Assembly: GCA_018883425.1 (NCBI GenBank)
Contig: VFQY01000005.1
Coordinates: 1-61,082 of the forward strand
Length of the DNA: 61,082 nucleotides
Direction of reading: 5' to 3'
Source of the DNA: Candidatus Omnitrophota bacterium
GTDB lineage: Bacteria; Omnitrophota; Omnitrophia; Omnitrophales; Aquincolibacteriaceae
Shown: positions 9,857-18,740 of the stretch, in pieces
How the letters are laid out: every line of letters starts with the position of its first letter
Position numbering within the stretch: the stretch's first letter is position 1
Translations under genes and position numbers: made by a program
Notes under the pieces: model-generated
Told to the model about the DNA's origin: nothing
The model's input: only the letters and a program-made list of their open reading frames with translations
Database searches by the model: none

Positions 9857-10519
9857 TTACTCAATGATCGTCCATTTTTTCCTCAGTGCATGCGCTCTCA
9901 GCTTAGCGTCGGGAAACACCGCGACGGGACGCCCAACAGATTCCAGCATCTCGAGATCGGAGTAACTATCCGCATAAGCGCTGCAATTCTGCAGCTGAAC
10001 ATGGTTTTTTTCCGCTAAAAGTCTCATCACCGCCACCTTATGAGGTCCTTCTAAAACCTCTCCGACCCAGCGCCCCGAATAAACCCCGTCGGTTTTTTCG
10101 AGCCGAGTGCTGTGAATCTCATCCAAGTCGAGGTGTTCACAGATCGGTTCAGCCATGACGTCCAGCGTTGCAGTCACCGCGCATGTGTAAACTCCCTTAG
10201 ACTTATACTCCTGGATAATCTTCACAAGTTCATCGCGAACGTGATCGTTCAGCGCATTCTCAACAACGCTGTTGAAAATAGCAGACATCTCGCCTCGGCT
10301 GACACGGGCAAGACACGGATAGAAAATCTTCCTCAGAGAGCTCGTTCTGCGGATAAGTCCGATCTTATAAAGACCAAACCAGAGCCCGATTACCAGCGCG
10401 TCTAAGTGATTAATGACGCGCGATTCGAGAAGTTTACTGGCGAGCAGTTTCTGTGTGTAACATGAGACAAGCGTGCCGTCCAGATCGAAAAAAGCGATGG
10501 TCCTGGATTGCTGCGTCAT
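9857..10519 (-). CDS. HAD-IB family hydrolase (SerB-like phosphatase fold)
   Basis: 220 aa. FFDLDGTL motif I and AYADSYSDLEMLESVG motif IV. There is a 3-nt gap to the kinase gene. Confidence 0.8.
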   Translation of the reverse strand: MTQQSRTIAFFDLDGTLVSCYTQKLLASKLLESRVINHLDALVIGLWFGLYKIGLIRRTSSLRKIFYPCLARVSRGEMSAIFNSVVENALNDHVRDELVKIIQEYKSKGVYTCAVTATLDVMAEPICEHLDLDEIHSTRLEKTDGVYSGRWVGEVLEGPHKVAVMRLLAEKNHVQLQNCSAYADSYSDLEMLESVGRPVAVFPDAKLRAHALRKKWTIIE

Positions 10520-11355
10520 TGTGCGACTACATCTTGCGGAGGGGCGAGCATTTTTTTTCGGTAGGCGACAGCACTTTCATCCCATTCGATCCCTGCCAGG
10601 TTCCTTACTTTTTCCATAACCCGGTAGGCGATCTCTTCGATCTGCGAATCGCTCAGACGGTAAGATCCATTCGAGTCCAAGGGTGCTCCAAAAAAACAAT
10701 CCGCAAAATCAGGGTTCTGCGGCCCAAGCACGATCTTGTCCCCAACCACTACGTCACAGCGCTTGAAGGCCGGAAACTTCTTGTGAGGAGGCAAAATATC
10801 GTAGGTGCCCTTCATGGCCAAAGGAATCACGGGTACATTGGTCTTGAGCGCGATTTTGACGAACCCCGCCTTGGGGAAGAGCATCTTGCCGCTTCTCGAT
10901 CGAGTCCCTTCAGGATAAATGACCACGACTCTTTTTTGATTCTTCAGGTGGTAGATCAGTTCTTTGAAGAACTTGTATCCCGGCCTTTCGCGGTCAACAT
11001 AGACAATCGTATCCAAGCGCATAAACCAGCCCACGAAACTCCGCTGATCGAGTTTCTTGACGGCCACGAACACCGTCTGTTTCTTAAGCACCGAGGCCAG
11101 TACAAAAAAATCGAAGTAGCTGCTGTGGTTAGAAACAATAATACAGGGCTCTCCGTAGGCAATTTTTTCCAGACCCACGGCGTTTCTAAGCCAAAGGCGC
11201 CAGCCGAAGAAAACCATCTGACGCAGTGCCCTGAATTGAAATATCCGTATCAGCCTGTACCGGAGATAAACGAAGTACTTGAATATTGCCGCGGACCTGT
11301 TCGTAATACGCCTCCACAGTCGAAGGCGGGCCTCGGTTAACGTCTTCCAAGACAT
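10516..11355 (-). CDS. plsC: 1-acyl-sn-glycerol-3-phosphate (lysophospholipid) acyltransferase
   Basis: 279 aa. NHSSYFD (Hx4D) and IYPEGTRSRSG motifs. 4-nt overlap with the HAD gene. Confidence 0.85.
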   Translation of the reverse strand: MSWKTLTEARLRLWRRITNRSAAIFKYFVYLRYRLIRIFQFRALRQMVFFGWRLWLRNAVGLEKIAYGEPCIIVSNHSSYFDFFVLASVLKKQTVFVAVKKLDQRSFVGWFMRLDTIVYVDRERPGYKFFKELIYHLKNQKRVVVIYPEGTRSRSGKMLFPKAGFVKIALKTNVPVIPLAMKGTYDILPPHKKFPAFKRCDVVVGDKIVLGPQNPDFADCFFGAPLDSNGSYRLSDSQIEEIAYRVMEKVRNLAGIEWDESAVAYRKKMLAPPQDVVAQ

Positions 11356-11403
11356 ATCAACATCCTCTTCCTCTTATTAAACATTCCTCGTTCGGCAATC
11401 CCT

Positions 11404-12762
11404 TTAGGCCGCAGGCTTCCTGAGCCCCTTTTCATCACCCTTTGGCTTGGGAACAGAAAGATCGTCAAACCCGTATTTAAAGGTGAGCATAAAGGACTGC
11501 ATGATCGAGGAATAGCGCCCGTCGACCGTGGTTCCTAGGGCCTCACTGATCGTGTTATCGATCTGCCTTCTGAACCAGAACCGACTGAAATAAGCCAGTT
11601 CCAAGCCAAAATTTTTCGTGAACATATAAGAACCGCCGAGCGATGCGCCGAGACTGTTCGAATCGGGAACGGCTGGTATGTAATGGTCTTTCGGCACGGC
11701 TGCCCAATAGAAGACACTGCCGGCCCTCAGGGTGAGCTTGGTATTGACCTTGTAATTGCCGCCGAAATGAAGTCCCCAGCTATCGGAATAGTCTTTATCA
11801 GCTTTTCCTATGGCGCTCAGGATCGCATCATCAGCAGGGCTGACGGGATCCGCGTCAATAAACAGCCGCTTGTGGGCTGCCCAGCGCGTGTAACCCAAGT
11901 CGGTTTCGACCGTCCACTTGGACGTGGGTTTGAACGCATACCCAAAAGTAAAATTCAGAGGAAGGTCAATTTTAGCTTTACCGCCGGTTTCAAAGTTTCC
12001 CGACGCCGTTGACCTCTCGACTTTGATTTGTCCTCGTGTTCTGACGGTTGCCGGACTTCTGAAATAAAAGCCGAACTGGTGTTTTTCATGAGGCTTCGCC
12101 AGCGCACCGAAATGCCACCCCCAAGTATTTCCCGCCAGGTTGAGACGGACTTGACCATCGGGCGTTCCGGGGCCGAATACCGCCGCATTCGGATAGGCCT
12201 GGATGCCCCCAAAGTCGAAAATCCGGTAATAAATCGGGCCGCCGCCGACCGAAAGTTTTTCATGCAGTTTAATCGATGCCACAGGCTTGATCGTGTACAT
12301 CTTCAGGTAGTTGCGCCAGCCCGCATAATGGACATGGGACTGATTGGAATTCCATTTATTAGAAAGTCCGAAAGGCGAATCCGAACCTATACCCAGCGAC
12401 ACTCTGTCTCCCAAAAGTGAACCCGGATTCATGGAAAGATGAGCCGTGGGGACTAAATTGAGCGTGCCGGAACTCCATTGTGAATCATTGTTGGGCGCTT
12501 CCCGATGGGTGAAAACACTCAGGAAAGCTGCGCTTGACTGCCCCTTGATTCCGGGTAGGTACGCGAGACCTGCAGGGTTATACGAGATGGCGGCGGCCTC
12601 ATCTGCCTGAGCCACGGTGGCACCGGATTGCGCCAAAGACGATGCGCTGAAGGTCGCATTTTCAAAGCCGCCTGATCCTACGGCAAATGCGGACCCAGCC
12701 GGCAAGAGCTGAATCAATCCGCAAATCACTGCCCCTAAAATTAAATTCTTCCAGAAATTCAT
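11404..12762 (-). CDS. outer-membrane transport protein, FadL/TodX (OMPP1) family
   Basis: The track ORF reaches 12819. I prefer ATG 12762 (GGGAG 8 nt upstream), which gives MNFWKNLILGAVICGLIQLLPAGSAFA as signal peptide. N-terminal ...AISYNPAGLAYLPG hatch motif, alternating beta-strand pattern and aromatic C-terminus. Confidence 0.8.
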   Translation of the reverse strand: MNFWKNLILGAVICGLIQLLPAGSAFAVGSGGFENATFSASSLAQSGATVAQADEAAAISYNPAGLAYLPGIKGQSSAAFLSVFTHREAPNNDSQWSSGTLNLVPTAHLSMNPGSLLGDRVSLGIGSDSPFGLSNKWNSNQSHVHYAGWRNYLKMYTIKPVASIKLHEKLSVGGGPIYYRIFDFGGIQAYPNAAVFGPGTPDGQVRLNLAGNTWGWHFGALAKPHEKHQFGFYFRSPATVRTRGQIKVERSTASGNFETGGKAKIDLPLNFTFGYAFKPTSKWTVETDLGYTRWAAHKRLFIDADPVSPADDAILSAIGKADKDYSDSWGLHFGGNYKVNTKLTLRAGSVFYWAAVPKDHYIPAVPDSNSLGASLGGSYMFTKNFGLELAYFSRFWFRRQIDNTISEALGTTVDGRYSSIMQSFMLTFKYGFDDLSVPKPKGDEKGLRKPAA

Positions 12763-12953
12763 TTGGAAACTCCCATTTTTTAAGCGCACAATCACGAACA
12801 GGCGGATTTGCGCCTTCACTTATCGGCGGGGAGCATTTAAAACTCAAGTCTTTTAAACTTTAATTACTCTTATTTTTTAGACTTCCTGACCCTCTGAGCC
12901 TAGCCATCTCGCGGCGGCTCTTTCATGTAACCTTCTTGAATTAAATCGTTTAT

Positions 12954-12981
12954 AAAAAAATAACCCTCCCTTTTAAGGGAG
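12954..12981 (-). terminator. weak hairpin plus T7 run (minus strand)
   Basis: Stem 12966-12971 / 12976-12981 (ctccct / agggag). On the minus strand it is followed, after 5 nt, by 7 T (12954-12960). Confidence 0.3.
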
Positions 12982-13043
12982 ATGTATTCCTTTTTCAGGA
13001 CTTCGATTGAACGAATAAAACAAAAGCTCTGCTTGGATTTCTT

Positions 13044-13069
13044 TGTAAAAATAGCCCTTAAGTAAGGGC
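13044..13069 (-). terminator. hairpin plus T-run (minus strand) downstream of the kinase-like gene
   Basis: gcccttaagtaagggc (13054-13069) forms a 6-bp stem with a 4-nt loop. On the minus strand it is followed by TATTTTTAC. Confidence 0.4.
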
Positions 13070-13316
13070 GGTTAAAAAGCCCGTGGGAGAGGTGAAAATC
13101 AAGGGGATTCGGATCACTTCATCGGTAAGCGACGGGGTTTTCGAAAAGAAACTTCCGAGATCTTGCACCTCGGAGATTCCTACGAGGGCGGTAGAGGCTG
13201 CGGGGGCGGGGCCTTCGAGCGCTCAAATTCAGGGCGCTGCTCAACGAACCTAAAACCTCAGATGATCCGCTCGCTGCCCCCGTGCCGTGAAGCAAACCAA
13301 GCCGGGCCTGCACACC

Positions 13317-14087
13317 CTAGTTCAGGGGAAGACAGACGTAAAAAGACGTGCCCCTGGCAGAACTTTCAACCTGTACGGTTCCGGAATGAAGGCCGGCGAT
13401 TTGCTGCACTGTAAAGAGCCTGAGCCCCAAAATCGGATCATCGGAAACGTTGTGAAGCGGATCGAACAGATGCGGCAGCTCCCCGATCGGAAAACCCAAG
13501 CCTGTGTCGGAAACTCTCAGGATGAAGCGACGAGCCTGACCATCTTCGGGAGAAGAAACAGCTTCCTCTTTTGCTTCAAGCGTCAGAATGCCCGCACCGC
13601 CACGCAGTGAAAGCCGCGCCCTTTCAACTAAAAGAGCAATCATCATCGCGATGTGTTCCTGCGGAATCAGAAGAGGCCGCAGATCGTGGGGCATGATTTT
13701 GAGGATCGTGGTGTTCGCAAAGCCTAGGTCATAGCTCATCGCATGCAGGACTTCTTGCGCTGTATCCTGAATAACCGAGTAGGGCATGCGGTGATCTTCT
13801 CCGGAAAAAACCGTCCTCACTCGAAAATGGTCTGCCATTTCCATCAAACGGCTAAAGCGGCTGAAGATCTGGTAGAGTTGCGGCCTTAATCGCAGCAAGC
13901 ATTCCGTCTGTTCGGAATCCAGGAGGGCTCTTTGTTCCAGCGCCGAAATGACGCCGGATTGAAGACGGGTTAACTCCTCAAGCCATGCAAATTCCGATTC
14001 CTCGGGAATTTCTTTAAAGTCCCTTGCCCCTCTACCCATAGAAGCCTCCGGTATTTCTCGATTTGCCTGCCCGCGAAGGTCAGACAA
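13317..14087 (-). CDS. orphan soluble histidine-kinase-like ATPase with degenerate motifs, function unknown
   Basis: 256 aa, no TM segment. The C-terminal half resembles HATPase_c (VSDTGLGF as a G1-like box, ILGLRL as a G2-like box, ending GTSFYVCLPLN). The N-box Asn is absent (ALLVERA), and I find no clear H-box. Confidence 0.55.
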   Translation of the reverse strand: MSDLRGQANREIPEASMGRGARDFKEIPEESEFAWLEELTRLQSGVISALEQRALLDSEQTECLLRLRPQLYQIFSRFSRLMEMADHFRVRTVFSGEDHRMPYSVIQDTAQEVLHAMSYDLGFANTTILKIMPHDLRPLLIPQEHIAMMIALLVERARLSLRGGAGILTLEAKEEAVSSPEDGQARRFILRVSDTGLGFPIGELPHLFDPLHNVSDDPILGLRLFTVQQIAGLHSGTVQVESSARGTSFYVCLPLN

Positions 14088-14212
14088 TCGAACTATACCC
14101 GGGTATTTTTAAATTCGTCAAATGTAAGCCTTTGAAAAATAAGGACTTAAGACTTTTTAATAGCCTTTAAAAGCCTTAGGTGCGGCGCTTTAAGAGAGCA
14201 TCAAGCAAGGAC

Positions 14213-15136
14213 TTAGACTGGGTTCTCGGCGGACTGACTCGGCGGGATACTGCCCTTAAGAATTTTTTCAAGTTCACGGCTCCAGTGCCCGCTCTGGATA
14301 ATTTTCCCATCGGGAGAAATGAGCACAAACGCGGGCGTGGACTGAACCGCATAATCCTGAGCGATTCGATTATCCCAAGCCTTCCCTTCAAATAAAACCG
14401 GAAAGGTGATTTCGCTTTCGCGGACATAATTTTCCAACGAATCCCGATCCTGATCTAGACTCACGGTAACAAGTTCGATTTTTTTTTGCTGAAGTCTCGG
14501 AAATAAATTCTGAATACTGGCTGTTTCGCGCCGGCACGCAGGACACCATGTTGCCCAAAAATAAAGAAGAAGGCTTTTGCCCTGATAATCCTTCAGAGCA
14601 TGCCGAACACCGCGGATGTCAGTCCCTGAAAAATCCGGAGCCCGCTGCAGGGAGTCCCGGCCTCCCTCAGTCATTTTTTTGAGGTCTTGTTCAAGCGGTC
14701 CGCTGAAGGCCCCCTTGCGGATAATTTCACCCTCCTTAGAGATGATCACATAGGATGGCGTCGAATCGATCCCATAATCGGCAGCCATGGGCAAATCCCA
14801 AGCCTTACCCCCAAAGAGAACAGGGTAGCGAATATCCCTTTCTGCGAGAAATTTATTAAGCTTACTGAGATCCCTATCAAGACTCACAGAGAGAAACTCG
14901 ATTCCCCTCTCTCTATACGTTTCATAAACTTTTTTGAAATTCTCAGCATCGCGAACGCACGCAGGACACCAAGTTGCCCAAAAGTAAAGGACGAGGTCCT
15001 TACCCTGATAATCAGCAAGCGCATAGGGTTTTCCATCCGCGCCCTGCATGGAAAAATCCGGCGCATCAGCAGCATCCGCGTGAAAAGTCCCGAAGAGCAT
15101 GAGCAAAAGCAAAGTCACCCAGGAGATTTTTTTCAT
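14213..15136 (-). CDS. exported tandem double TlpA/ResA-like thioredoxin-fold disulfide reductase
   Basis: 307 aa. Signal peptide MKKISWVTLLLLMLFGTFHADA. Two homologous halves each carry LVLYFWATWCPAC / LLLYFWATWCPAC (CxxC). Confidence 0.85.
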   Translation of the reverse strand: MKKISWVTLLLLMLFGTFHADAADAPDFSMQGADGKPYALADYQGKDLVLYFWATWCPACVRDAENFKKVYETYRERGIEFLSVSLDRDLSKLNKFLAERDIRYPVLFGGKAWDLPMAADYGIDSTPSYVIISKEGEIIRKGAFSGPLEQDLKKMTEGGRDSLQRAPDFSGTDIRGVRHALKDYQGKSLLLYFWATWCPACRRETASIQNLFPRLQQKKIELVTVSLDQDRDSLENYVRESEITFPVLFEGKAWDNRIAQDYAVQSTPAFVLISPDGKIIQSGHWSRELEKILKGSIPPSQSAENPV

Positions 15137-15245
15137 GTTTTTTTTAACCCGCGCGCAAAAGTTTTTTTAAGCAACAAGCCCGTCACGTCTGCGGTGCTCG
15201 TTTTCCGGCTCCCGCAAACAGCCCGCATCAAAAAACTTATTCGTC

Positions 15246-15863
15246 TCAAATTTTCTTTTCCGTTTCAGATCTCGACCGGCGGATAGCATCGTAGTATTTG
15301 AGCTGATTTTGAACCTGCGCCGACTTCAGAATGGCGGTTCTCATCTGCTCAAGGGCATCATTGACCGCCGCGACAACCGCGTCCTGAGGCCCGAGACCTG
15401 TCGAGAATTGCGGATCTACATTAACCCACCCCTCGCCGCGAAATGCCTGCTGCCAGAAGGTCTCCCCTCCCGGACTTTTCATGACAGCGGCGATCGTCGT
15501 ATGCGCCCGATAGGTGTCTGCCTCGTTGTAAATATCATTAGCCAGATCCAGCATCCGGACCTCGAAAACAGCGGGAACATCCGGCTCACCCATCTCGACG
15601 CCTGGTTCATTTTTTAAAATCTCAATCTCTGCAAACATGCTCCGAAAGGTATCCTGGACGAGGAGCGGAAAGGTATGCTGGCTGTGGAAAGACTGCAGAT
15701 CTCCTGGGTCATAGGTCGACTGAGGAGCCTGGAACATCTGATAGTCGTCCGGAACCAGCAGCATAATCTTCTGATTAAACTCCGGTCCCGGTTTAGGACC
15801 CGTGAGAGTCGCACAGCCTGTCAGAAAAAGAAAACAGAACAAAACCCTCAAGATTTTTTCCAT
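15246..15863 (-). CDS. lipoprotein of unknown function
   Basis: 205 aa. Lipobox LFLTGC after a hydrophobic N-terminus. No motif recognised. Confidence 0.6.
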   Translation of the reverse strand: MEKILRVLFCFLFLTGCATLTGPKPGPEFNQKIMLLVPDDYQMFQAPQSTYDPGDLQSFHSQHTFPLLVQDTFRSMFAEIEILKNEPGVEMGEPDVPAVFEVRMLDLANDIYNEADTYRAHTTIAAVMKSPGGETFWQQAFRGEGWVNVDPQFSTGLGPQDAVVAAVNDALEQMRTAILKSAQVQNQLKYYDAIRRSRSETEKKI

Positions 15864-15890
15864 GGACTCCGCCTGCCGGAAACGGCCTGT

Positions 15891-15935
15891 AAAAATTAAA
15901 ACGGCGGGGACATTTTTTGTCCCCGCCGTTTTATT
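15891..15935 (-). terminator. strong Rho-independent terminator (potentially bidirectional)
   Basis: Perfect 11-bp GC-rich stem, acggcggggac (15901-15911) / gtccccgccgt (15919-15929), with a 7-nt loop. T-runs sit on both sides. It lies 30 nt downstream of the 15961 stop. Confidence 0.85.
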
Positions 15936-15960
15936 CTATCTCAAAACCTTAAAATTCAAA

Positions 15961-16560
15961 CTATTCCTTAGAAAGAGTGATCTGATCGATCAAGATCGTA
16001 CCCTTCTTAGGATTCGAGTTGATATCATCAAACACCAGAATCAGCTCATTGAGCGCGCTCCAGTCTGAGATGCGGCGGAACTTCTCGAAAGGAATCGAAA
16101 TTTTCTGCCACTGTTCGGTGATGCCTCCGACAATATACGGAGAGGGCTTGTTCGTCATGTCCTTGAGCTCCAGCTTAACCCGCTTTGTAAAGCCGGCTTC
16201 AGCATGGCCCTTAATATAGAAATTCAGCGTATTGTAAAGCGTGGCGTCCTCGCCGTTCATCTTGATCCAGAAACCGTTGTAGGCCGGATTCGGCGAATCG
16301 ACGTCGTAGTCGAGACGAATCGCATAACCGGCAGGATCGCCCATGGCATCGTCTGCCTCAAAAGACATCTTCGTGCCCTGAGTCTCGTCATTTGGATCTT
16401 TGTCCCAGCCGCCGAAGTCGCCGCCAAGATTGTTGGGTTTATCACCCGTGTCAAAATCCGCAACAACCAATTCCTCTGCCGCAAAAGACGGTTTCAGATT
16501 CATCGAAAAACAAAGGGTCAAAGCCAAAAGCGCCGTCAGACTTAAAAATCGGGTGTTCAT
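15961..16560 (-). CDS. secreted beta-sandwich protein, carbohydrate-binding-module-like (CBM11/CIA30-type resemblance)
   Basis: 199 aa. Signal peptide ending SFAAEE. Alternating beta pattern (YAIRLDYDV, FWIKMNG, LNFYIKGH, VKLELKD, WQKISIPFEKF, LILVFDD). The family assignment is by resemblance only. Confidence 0.45.
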   Translation of the reverse strand: MNTRFLSLTALLALTLCFSMNLKPSFAAEELVVADFDTGDKPNNLGGDFGGWDKDPNDETQGTKMSFEADDAMGDPAGYAIRLDYDVDSPNPAYNGFWIKMNGEDATLYNTLNFYIKGHAEAGFTKRVKLELKDMTNKPSPYIVGGITEQWQKISIPFEKFRRISDWSALNELILVFDDINSNPKKGTILIDQITLSKE

Positions 16561-16674
16561 GTTCGTGCTCCTTTCGAACTGCTCGGGATATTCCTAAATT
16601 TTTACTGGCCTTGGTTGCCCGCAAAACTTGAGGAGGGTTGTTAACAAGACGCAACTAGAGTTATTTTATTCATT

Positions 16675-17133
16675 TTAAAAGCCCATTTCTAGCACAATTA
16701 TTAAATCTCCCTCAGAAACCTTGGGTCCCCCTAGAAAGACCACCCCCGGCTTCTCCACGGCCAGAACCGTGTCGACATACTCTAAATCATCCTTTTTGAT
16801 CAGCGCGTGGACCCGATCCTGGTGATTGCTGGCGCTTATAAGTTTCAAATAAAGCGTATATCCTCCGTGGAGGGGGATCTCGCGGGCGATACCAGGATCA
16901 AGGCTTACGGCCTCTTGATTCATTTGTTTGTAGGCTGTATAGGAAAAAAGACGGATGATCTGATCACGGTAGGCGTCATTGACCAAGTCAAACTCGCTGC
17001 CTTCATTGGATGCCACCAGCGTGGTCAAGGTGAAACGCTCTGCCGCAAAAACCGGACCGGGATACCCAAGGCACCCCATGAAAACAACGATGACCAATCC
17101 AGCTGCGGAATAGACTCTTCGCGGCTTCATCAA
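16675..17133 (-). CDS. exported hypothetical protein, last gene of the ECF sigma module
   Basis: 152 aa with an N-terminal hydrophobic signal (LVIVVFMGCLGYPGPVFA). It starts 19 nt after the anti-sigma candidate. Confidence 0.55.
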   Translation of the reverse strand: MMKPRRVYSAAGLVIVVFMGCLGYPGPVFAAERFTLTTLVASNEGSEFDLVNDAYRDQIIRLFSYTAYKQMNQEAVSLDPGIAREIPLHGGYTLYLKLISASNHQDRVHALIKKDDLEYVDTVLAVEKPGVVFLGGPKVSEGDLIIVLEMGF

Positions 17134-17152
17134 CTGCTCCTATCTTGTGTCA

Positions 17153-17614
17153 TCAGGACTTTCCCGCGTTCGGAACCACCCAAACCACGGCAACCGGAAC
17201 CTGATCCACATTTTTTTGATACACGACCGTAGGGCCGACTTCACTGGATACGTGAGAAATCACAATTTTTTCGCGCGCTCGGAATTGAGTCTCCGGATTC
17301 GGTGAAAAAACGATCTCTTCTCCGTCCGAAATCTCACCTTCGGTTTCGCCCGCAGTTTTTTGGATCGTACTTTGATTGAGGGAAATCTCTCTCAAAAAAC
17401 CGTTCGGAAGAATCCCAAGGAGCAGAACAGAGACCGCTCCGACAGCTGCCGCAGACGCCCAGGAAAATGGACGGAAAAACGACGGCGGCGGAGGCGCGAA
17501 ATAAAGCTCGATGAACGCTTTTTTTTCGGCACGCAGTTTCTTCGGATCCATACCTTCCGTCAAAATCTCACGATAGATTTTTCCGATTTTTTTTTCATCC
17601 GGTTCTGAAATCAT
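17153..17614 (-). CDS. putative anti-sigma factor (single-pass membrane protein)
   Basis: 153 aa. ATGA overlap with the ECF sigma stop. One TM helix (WASAAAVGAVSVLLLGILP). The call rests on position and topology only. Confidence 0.45.
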   Translation of the reverse strand: MISEPDEKKIGKIYREILTEGMDPKKLRAEKKAFIELYFAPPPPSFFRPFSWASAAAVGAVSVLLLGILPNGFLREISLNQSTIQKTAGETEGEISDGEEIVFSPNPETQFRAREKIVISHVSSEVGPTVVYQKNVDQVPVAVVWVVPNAGKS

Positions 17615-18219
17615 CGTTGGCTCTCCGGTTTGCGGCGGATGACGGCTGGCCCAGCTCCCATGCGCTGCAGCGCTTCGCCCATTTTTTTTCGAGCATAGAA
17701 AATTCTCGACATCACAGTCCCGATTTCAATCTGGAGGGTCTCGGCTATTTCCTCATAACTCAGATCTTCCCACTCCCGGAGAACGAGAACGGCTCGGTGC
17801 TCAGGGCTCAGTTGTTCGAGAGCAAGCTTCATCAGTTTTTTCATCTCTTCCCCGGCAGCGTCTTCCCTCGGCCCAGGGCCGGAGTCGGGAATGATCACAG
17901 GGGCTTGTTCGTCATCCTCGGACGCGTCAGTAGCGTCCAGAGAGACCTGCCGTTTTCGGCGCCTCACGGCATCAATTGCGGCATTCATCGCTATGCGGTA
18001 AAGCCAGGTCTTGAACTTCGAACCGCCCTTAAAATGGCTGATTTCCTGATAAACCTTGAGAAAGACTTCCTGAGCCGTATCGCGCGCAGGCTCCCTGAGC
18101 TGAAGCACGCCGAAGCATACGGCGTAAACCATCTCGTAATATTGATCGACAAGTTTGCTGAACGCACGCTTATCCCCTTGTTTTGCCTTCTCGACTGCTT
18201 CTAAGTCAGGATCGATCAT
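17611..18219 (-). CDS. ECF-type RNA polymerase sigma-70 family factor
   Basis: 202 aa. Region 2 (FSKLVDQYYEMVYAVCFGVL...AQEVFLKVYQ...FKTWLYRIAMNAAIDAVRR) and region 4 (LSYEEIAETLQIEIGTVMSRIFYARKKM). Confidence 0.9.
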   Translation of the reverse strand: MIDPDLEAVEKAKQGDKRAFSKLVDQYYEMVYAVCFGVLQLREPARDTAQEVFLKVYQEISHFKGGSKFKTWLYRIAMNAAIDAVRRRKRQVSLDATDASEDDEQAPVIIPDSGPGPREDAAGEEMKKLMKLALEQLSPEHRAVLVLREWEDLSYEEIAETLQIEIGTVMSRIFYARKKMGEALQRMGAGPAVIRRKPESQR

Positions 18220-18282
18220 GCGCTGTTTTTGTGGCCTTTGACGGTCATTCGATCGGCTTTATTCTATTTTTTTTTGATTTTT

Positions 18283-18687
18283 TTAAAACCGCTGCTGAAT
18301 CTTATCGCGGGGAAAAGGAACTTCGGGCAAGAGAAGCGGCTTATAATCCTTCGGGTATTCAATCGGGAACGAGGCTAGCTCGTAAACTCCTGCAGAAGCT
18401 CGCACAACCGTCCGGCAAATTCCTTTAATGAGACCCGCCCCAAAAGCGGCGGGCCAGCGCTGGCCATCCTCGGCCGCGAGGAAAGGCTGATAGACGATCT
18501 CCGTCCATCCTAAACTCAGATTGGCAAAACCGCGGCCCGCTTTATCCCAAGGACTGCTCGGGTGGACAGCGCTCTCTTCGAACCAATGGGTTTGATAATT
18601 TTGAGCGCTCACGGGGCTTGAAAAAAGGAAACTCGCGCAGAGAATGCCTGTCCACCATGAAAAGCGGCGCTGCATTTTTTTTGCCAT
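18283..18687 (-). CDS. small secreted protein resembling the exosortase-system-associated TIGR04073 family
   Basis: 134 aa with a signal peptide. The KAGRGFANLSLGWTEIVYQP core matches my memory of that family's RG..N...GW.EI motif. Not verified by search. Confidence 0.45.
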   Translation of the reverse strand: MAKKMQRRFSWWTGILCASFLFSSPVSAQNYQTHWFEESAVHPSSPWDKAGRGFANLSLGWTEIVYQPFLAAEDGQRWPAAFGAGLIKGICRTVVRASAGVYELASFPIEYPKDYKPLLLPEVPFPRDKIQQRF

Positions 18688-18740
18688 GGATGCACATCTC
18701 CTTGCCTCGAAATATCGGCTCTTGAGAAAATTTCTAAAAG

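Noticed and set aside
10453-11340. 295-aa plus-strand ORF.
   Set aside because: It is antisense to the PlsC acyltransferase, which carries the Hx4D and EGTR motifs. It has no motif or signal of its own.
13119-13313. 64-aa minus-strand ORF immediately after the kinase-like gene.
   Set aside because: Its composition is Arg/Ser/Gly/Leu-rich, it has no ribosome-binding site, and it overlaps the GC-rich structured stretch. It is probably non-coding.
13080-13316. Possible RNase P RNA, tmRNA, SRP RNA or 6S RNA in the GC-rich intergenic stretch.
   Set aside because: I could not find the conserved RNase P CR-I/CR-V blocks, a tmRNA tRNA-like end (GGTTCGA...CCA) or the SRP GGAA/AGCA domain-IV motif on either strand. 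6S RNA cannot be judged by eye. It stays as an unexplained region in the findings only.
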